DNA from: Fonticula alba ATCC 38817
Taxonomy: Eukaryota > Protista > Nucleariida
Assembly (NCBI GenBank): GCA_000388065.2
Contig: KB932207.1
Strand: one strand, 5' to 3'
Length of the DNA stretch: 64,000 nucleotides
The stretch's first letter is position 1. The number at the start of each line of letters is the position of its first letter. Positions 59,727 through 64,000 of the stretch are shown one piece after another. The notes below the pieces were generated by a model. That model saw only the letters and a list, made by a program, of their open reading frames with translations. It ran no database searches and was not told where the DNA came from. Made by a program: the position numbers and the translations under genes.

Positions 59727-62700
59727 ATGTCCCTGGTCCGCGCAGCTGCCCGACTCGGCGGAGGCGGCCTGCGACCGCCTGCGGTTCCCCTTGGCACATT
59801 TGCACTTGCCGGGCGCCGGGGGTGCCCAGCCCCTGCCTCGGCTCTCCGAGCCTTCGCCACCGGAGCGATGCCACGCGAGAGCGAGCCTACGCCTCGGCCA
59901 CGAGTGCCGCCCGGCCTGGGCTTTGGCGACCCGACCGTCGCGCCGCAGCCGGCCAACGTCCACATGACGCCGCTCACTCGGCCGGACACTCGCCCGATGG
60001 CCGGCACCCAGTCACAGACGTCCGATCCAGTCCGCCGGAACGCCGTCGGCATTCAGATGCTCTCGCGGAGTCTGCACGATCAACTTTTTTTGCGCAAGAA
60101 AGGCCGGGACATTTTGGCCCAAGCCCCCGCTGGCCGGCCCCAGTGGGTTGGCTACTCCGACGGCGGTATGGCCCTCCTGCCCTTTGACAGCGGCTCCCGC
60201 GCCTCTGCCCTCCCCCTCTCCGGCAACTAACCTCTGGGTGCCATCGCCGGCTGCTGTGCTGCCCGCCCCCCTCTCTGCCTCCCATCCTGCTTTTCGGCGC
60301 GGCGCGGCGCGGCGCGATGCGATGCGATGCGACACAATGCAAAGGCGCCGCCTCAGCCGAAATGTCCACCGATGGGTTCCGCCTGTCGGCCGAAAACTTC
60401 CGCACCATCAAGGAAGTGCTGACAGCGCACCGGCTGTGGAACCCGCCGACCACCGAGCCCGGGTCCACTCCTCCTGGCGACCCGACGGTGGACTTCCACC
60501 TGCCACCCTTGTACGGCTCCACCGTGGCCGAGCATCTGCAAGAGGTCCGTGCCCTCGGTCCATTCGCTTGCTTTTCGCGGGGGNNNNNNNNNNNNNNNNN
60601 NNNNNNNNNNNNNNNNNNNNNNNGGGCGCGCACCTGTCCTCATGCACGCGCACGCGCACGCGCACGCGTACAGACACACACACACATGCACCCATAAGGA
60701 CAGATGCATCAGTCCTCTTCCTGACCATGTCGCCGCCGCTCCGTGCAGATTGGTCAGCAGCAAGCGGCCCCCGTGTTGGATCGGGTGTCCCTGCTCCTCG
60801 AGCGACCGGCCTCCTCCATTCCCTTTCCATCGACCTGGCGCGTGGCCCCAGGATGGTCCTTCTACCCCTTCATCAAGGATGGCAACACGGACACCATCGG
60901 TGAGGGAGTCCCTTACACGGTGCGACTACTCTGGCCGGGGTCTCACGATGGAGCCCTCTTCCCCGGTGGCCATCCACTGACTCGACTGTCGACTCCCCCC
61001 GCCCCCCCCCCCCCGATTAGGACCCGCTCCCCTCGTCGCTGGTCTTCGATGTGGAGGTATGCCCGGCAGACTCGCCCCATCCGATTGTGGTGGCTGCCCT
61101 GAGTCCAGGGCTCGGGTGGTTTACGTGGCTTTCGAATCGCTTCCTGGATGTCGGCCAGTCGCCGCCGGAGGTATGTCCTCGTATGCTTGGCCTCCGGGGC
61201 TTTTTGGGTGCCCTGCCATGCGGCACCGCGTCGCGCGGCCCGGCCCGGCTCGGCCCGGCCCGGCCCGGCCCGGCTTCACAGCGCCGGCCGATATGCTCAC
61301 ACCCTTTTCTTCGCAGCTTCTCCCCATCGGCCCGGCCCCGGGCGACGGCCCGCGACTGCTTGTCGGGCACAACGTCGGCTTCGATCGAGCCCGCGTGCTG
61401 GAGGAGTATCACCTCACCCCCTCGGAGGACGTGTACCTGGACACCATGAGTCTGCATATGGCGGTGGCCGGGCTGACCAGCCTGCAGCGCGCCCAGTGGA
61501 AGCGCCATCGGAATGAGCCCGACCCGGTGTTCAGCTCGCCGGAAGAGGCCGAGGAGGAGGCCCTGCACTCGATGCTCTTTTCGACGCACGATTCGCAGAC
61601 AGACTGGAAGGGCTCCGGCTCGGCCAACAGCCTGGTCGATGTGTATCGGTTCTACGTCGGCGGGGAGCTGGACAAGAGCGACCGGAACTACTTCCTGATG
61701 GACTCACTGGAGGCCCTGCGCAAGGCGGTCGATGTGCCGGCCCTGCTGGCCTACACGGCCGGCGATGTCCTGGCCACGCTGGCTGTCTTTCAGGCGGTCT
61801 TCCCCCGGTTCCAAGCCAAGTGCCCGCATCCGATTTCCCTGGTGGGCATGGTGGAGATGGGCAAGTGCTACCTGCCGGTGACGGAGAACTGGGAAGAGTA
61901 CGTGTCATGAGGTGGCGGGACGGGGTGGGAAGGGGGGGGGGGGGGGGGGACGGATGTCATGCAGCCACCCGCCCCGGCTCTCTCGCCTGCCATGGTCGGG
62001 GCTCTTGCTTTGGGCTCTGACGTGTGCGCTCGCTTGTCCCGGGTTGCGCCAGGTTTAAGGCCTCGGCCGAGTCTCGGCTGGTGGATATGCAAAAGCAGTC
62101 GGCCACCGGGCTGTATCGGCTGCTGGATGAGTCTCTGGCCGCCGGGCCGCCGCTCATGATGCCCGAGGGGCCCTATTCGCCTGAGGCCCTGCTGGAGGGG
62201 GAGAACTCGGCCGAGTGGCAGGAGGCCTTTGCCCGGTCGGCCGCCAGCAAGGATCCCTGGCTGAAGCGCCTCGACTGGACGCCCAACCCCCTGCGCATGA
62301 CCAAACCCAAGTACAAGAAGGACGGCTCGTATGCCAAGGGCGGCGAGCCGCGCCCGGTGTCTCGGCAGCGCCTTCCCGGCTACCCCAGCTGGTTCCGGGA
62401 GCTGTGCCCCTCGTCGGAGCCGGAGCCGCGTGTGACCACCCGAACGCGCATTACGCCGTACCTGCTGAAGCTCCAGTGGCAGGGGTTCCCGCTGCACTAT
62501 GTCCCGGACCAGGGGTGGGGTTTCATTGTGCCGTAGTGCGTGTGAGATGAGCCCTCCCTGTTGGGCTCCTTTCTTTTCCTCCTCTTTCTCCTTTTCCCAC
62601 CTCTCCCCCTGCCCTGGTGGCTGCTCCCGTTGTACATTGAGCTGCTCGCTTTTCGATGGGCCGCCTCGGGGGCCGCTCCCGCCTTTGTCCTTCGGCTTTG

Positions 62701-62758
62701 CCCGCCCTGCTCACCCACCGCGCCCTCCCCTCGCCTTCCCCCCCCCCTCACACACACG

Positions 62759-62811
<53 letters not shown>

Positions 62812-63681
62812 CGACAAGGTGGACAGCATCCAGTCCAATGCCTCGCCGCTTCCCCTGGACCCGGACGACCCGAAATCGGAATGCTTCTTCCCGATCCCGC
62901 ACAAGGATGGCCCGGACGCCCGGTGCGGGAATCCCCTCTCCAAAGACTACCTGTCGGCCATCGAGACCGGGCTCCTGACATCGGTGTACCCGGTGGCGCG
63001 GGAGGTGCTCCGGTCGAATTCCGTCTGCTCGTACTGGATGTCCGCTCGGTCGCGGGTCTTCCAGCAATTTGTGGCGTACGCCGAGGAGCCCGGCTTGCAG
63101 GGCTGGGCCCAGGGGTACCCGATGGCCGGGAGGCTGCTGGCGCCGCGCCAGGGAGAGGACGACCCCCGGGGCCCGGCCATGACAGAGGCCGATCGGCAGG
63201 CCGCGCTGGCCGATCTGCCCCTGGGGTCTGGCGTGCCGGCCGCGGCGGAAGACCACCCGGCCTCCGGCCCAACGGCCTGGACGTCGGCCACGCGTGGCCG
63301 GGATGGCTACCGGCTGGGTGCCATCATCCCGAAGGTTGTCACCGCCGGCACGGTGACCCGGCGGGCGGTCGAGCCGACCTGGATGACGGCCAGCAACCCG
63401 CGCCCGGGCCTGCTGGCATCGGAGCTGAAGGCCACGGTGCGCGCCCCGCCGGGCTACGTCTTTGTCGGGGCCGACGTCGACAGCCAGGAGCTCTGGATCT
63501 CGGCCCTGCTGGGCGACGCGTCGCTCGGCATCCATGGGTCCACGGCCTTCGGGTGGATGACCTTGCAGGGAAGCCGCAAGGCGGGGACCGATTTGCACAG
63601 CCGCACGGCCGAAATTCTCGGCATCAGCCGCGACCATGCCAAGGTCTTCAACTACAGCCGAATCTATGGGGCTGGGCAGAA
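59727..63681 (+). CDS. POLG: Mitochondrial DNA polymerase gamma catalytic subunit (3' part beyond the window)
   Basis: Arg-rich presequence; RRNAVGIQMLSRSLHDQLF; ExoI LVFDVEVC; ExoII LVGHNVGFDRARV; ExoIII YTAGDVLAT; motif A VGADVDSQELWI; motif B SRDHAKVFNYSRIYGAG. The traced exons end at the donor at 63682. Confidence 0.97.
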
Positions 63682-63845
63682 GTACGCTCTTGAAGGGGCC
63701 CCGGGCCGGCGGGTGGCTGTCCCTTGGGCGGTCTGTTGCTTCGATCGTGGGCTGATTACAAATGCTTGTCATGCTTACCGTCTCTCCTTCCCCATCCTTT
63801 CTCCATCTCCCCCTTCGCCTGTGTCTCCATCTCCTTCTTCGCCTC

Positions 63846-63970
63846 CTTTTCCATGTCCCGCCTCCTTTTCCATCTCCCGCCTCCTTTTCCATCTCCCGCC
63901 TCCTTTTCCATCTCCCGCCTCCTTTTCCATCTCCCGCCTCCTTTTCCATCTCCCGCCTCTTTTTCCATCT
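63846..63970 (+). repeat. Intronic 19-bp tandem repeat, about 6 copies
   Basis: (CCTCCTTTTCCATCTCCCG)n in the last visible POLG intron. Confidence 0.9.
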
Positions 63971-64000
63971 CCTTCTTCGCCTCTTTTTCCTTCTTCGTTC

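Noticed and set aside
62530-62540. TAG at 62534-62536 in the POLG reading frame
   Set aside because: Formed by TA|gtgcgt at an exon-intron boundary; splicing to CACAG|C restores TAC.
50565-63970. Regular tandem arrays as CRISPR or mobile-element repeats
   Set aside because: Head-to-tail units without unique spacers; no Cas, transposase, RT, TIR or LTR signatures anywhere in the window.

Overview
GC-rich, intron-rich eukaryotic nuclear DNA with 11 assembly gaps and no prophage, transposon, CRISPR, rRNA or tRNA that I can support. I traced 16 spliced genes by hand, since most of the supplied ORFs are GC shadows or intron read-throughs. In order: a small membrane protein (DUF2585-like?), TRAP-gamma-like, RED/IK, PabA-PabB aminodeoxychorismate synthase (ABZ1), Rnh70/REXO-type exonuclease, TUL1 RING ligase, SHQ1, CIR1, dynactin p62, cornichon, dynactin p150, PEX2, epoxide hydrolase, PABPN1, an Eps15/Ede1-like EH protein, a FAM133-like RS protein, cortactin, and mitochondrial DNA polymerase gamma, which is cut off by the window end. 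Pol gamma and cortactin point to an opisthokont; fused PabAB and TUL1 point to a non-metazoan. The style resembles the holomycotan amoeba Fonticula alba (inference, not verified). Most notable: (1) the ABZ1 glutaminase domain has lost its whole Cys-His-Glu triad while the synthase domain looks intact; (2) 5' splice sites are GTNCGY/GTATGT with no +4A in 39 traced plus-strand introns; (3) a cortactin with only about one degenerate actin-binding repeat; (4) an apparent 1-nt frameshift in TUL1; (5) two dynactin subunit genes about 4 kb apart. Family assignments come from remembered motifs, not database searches.
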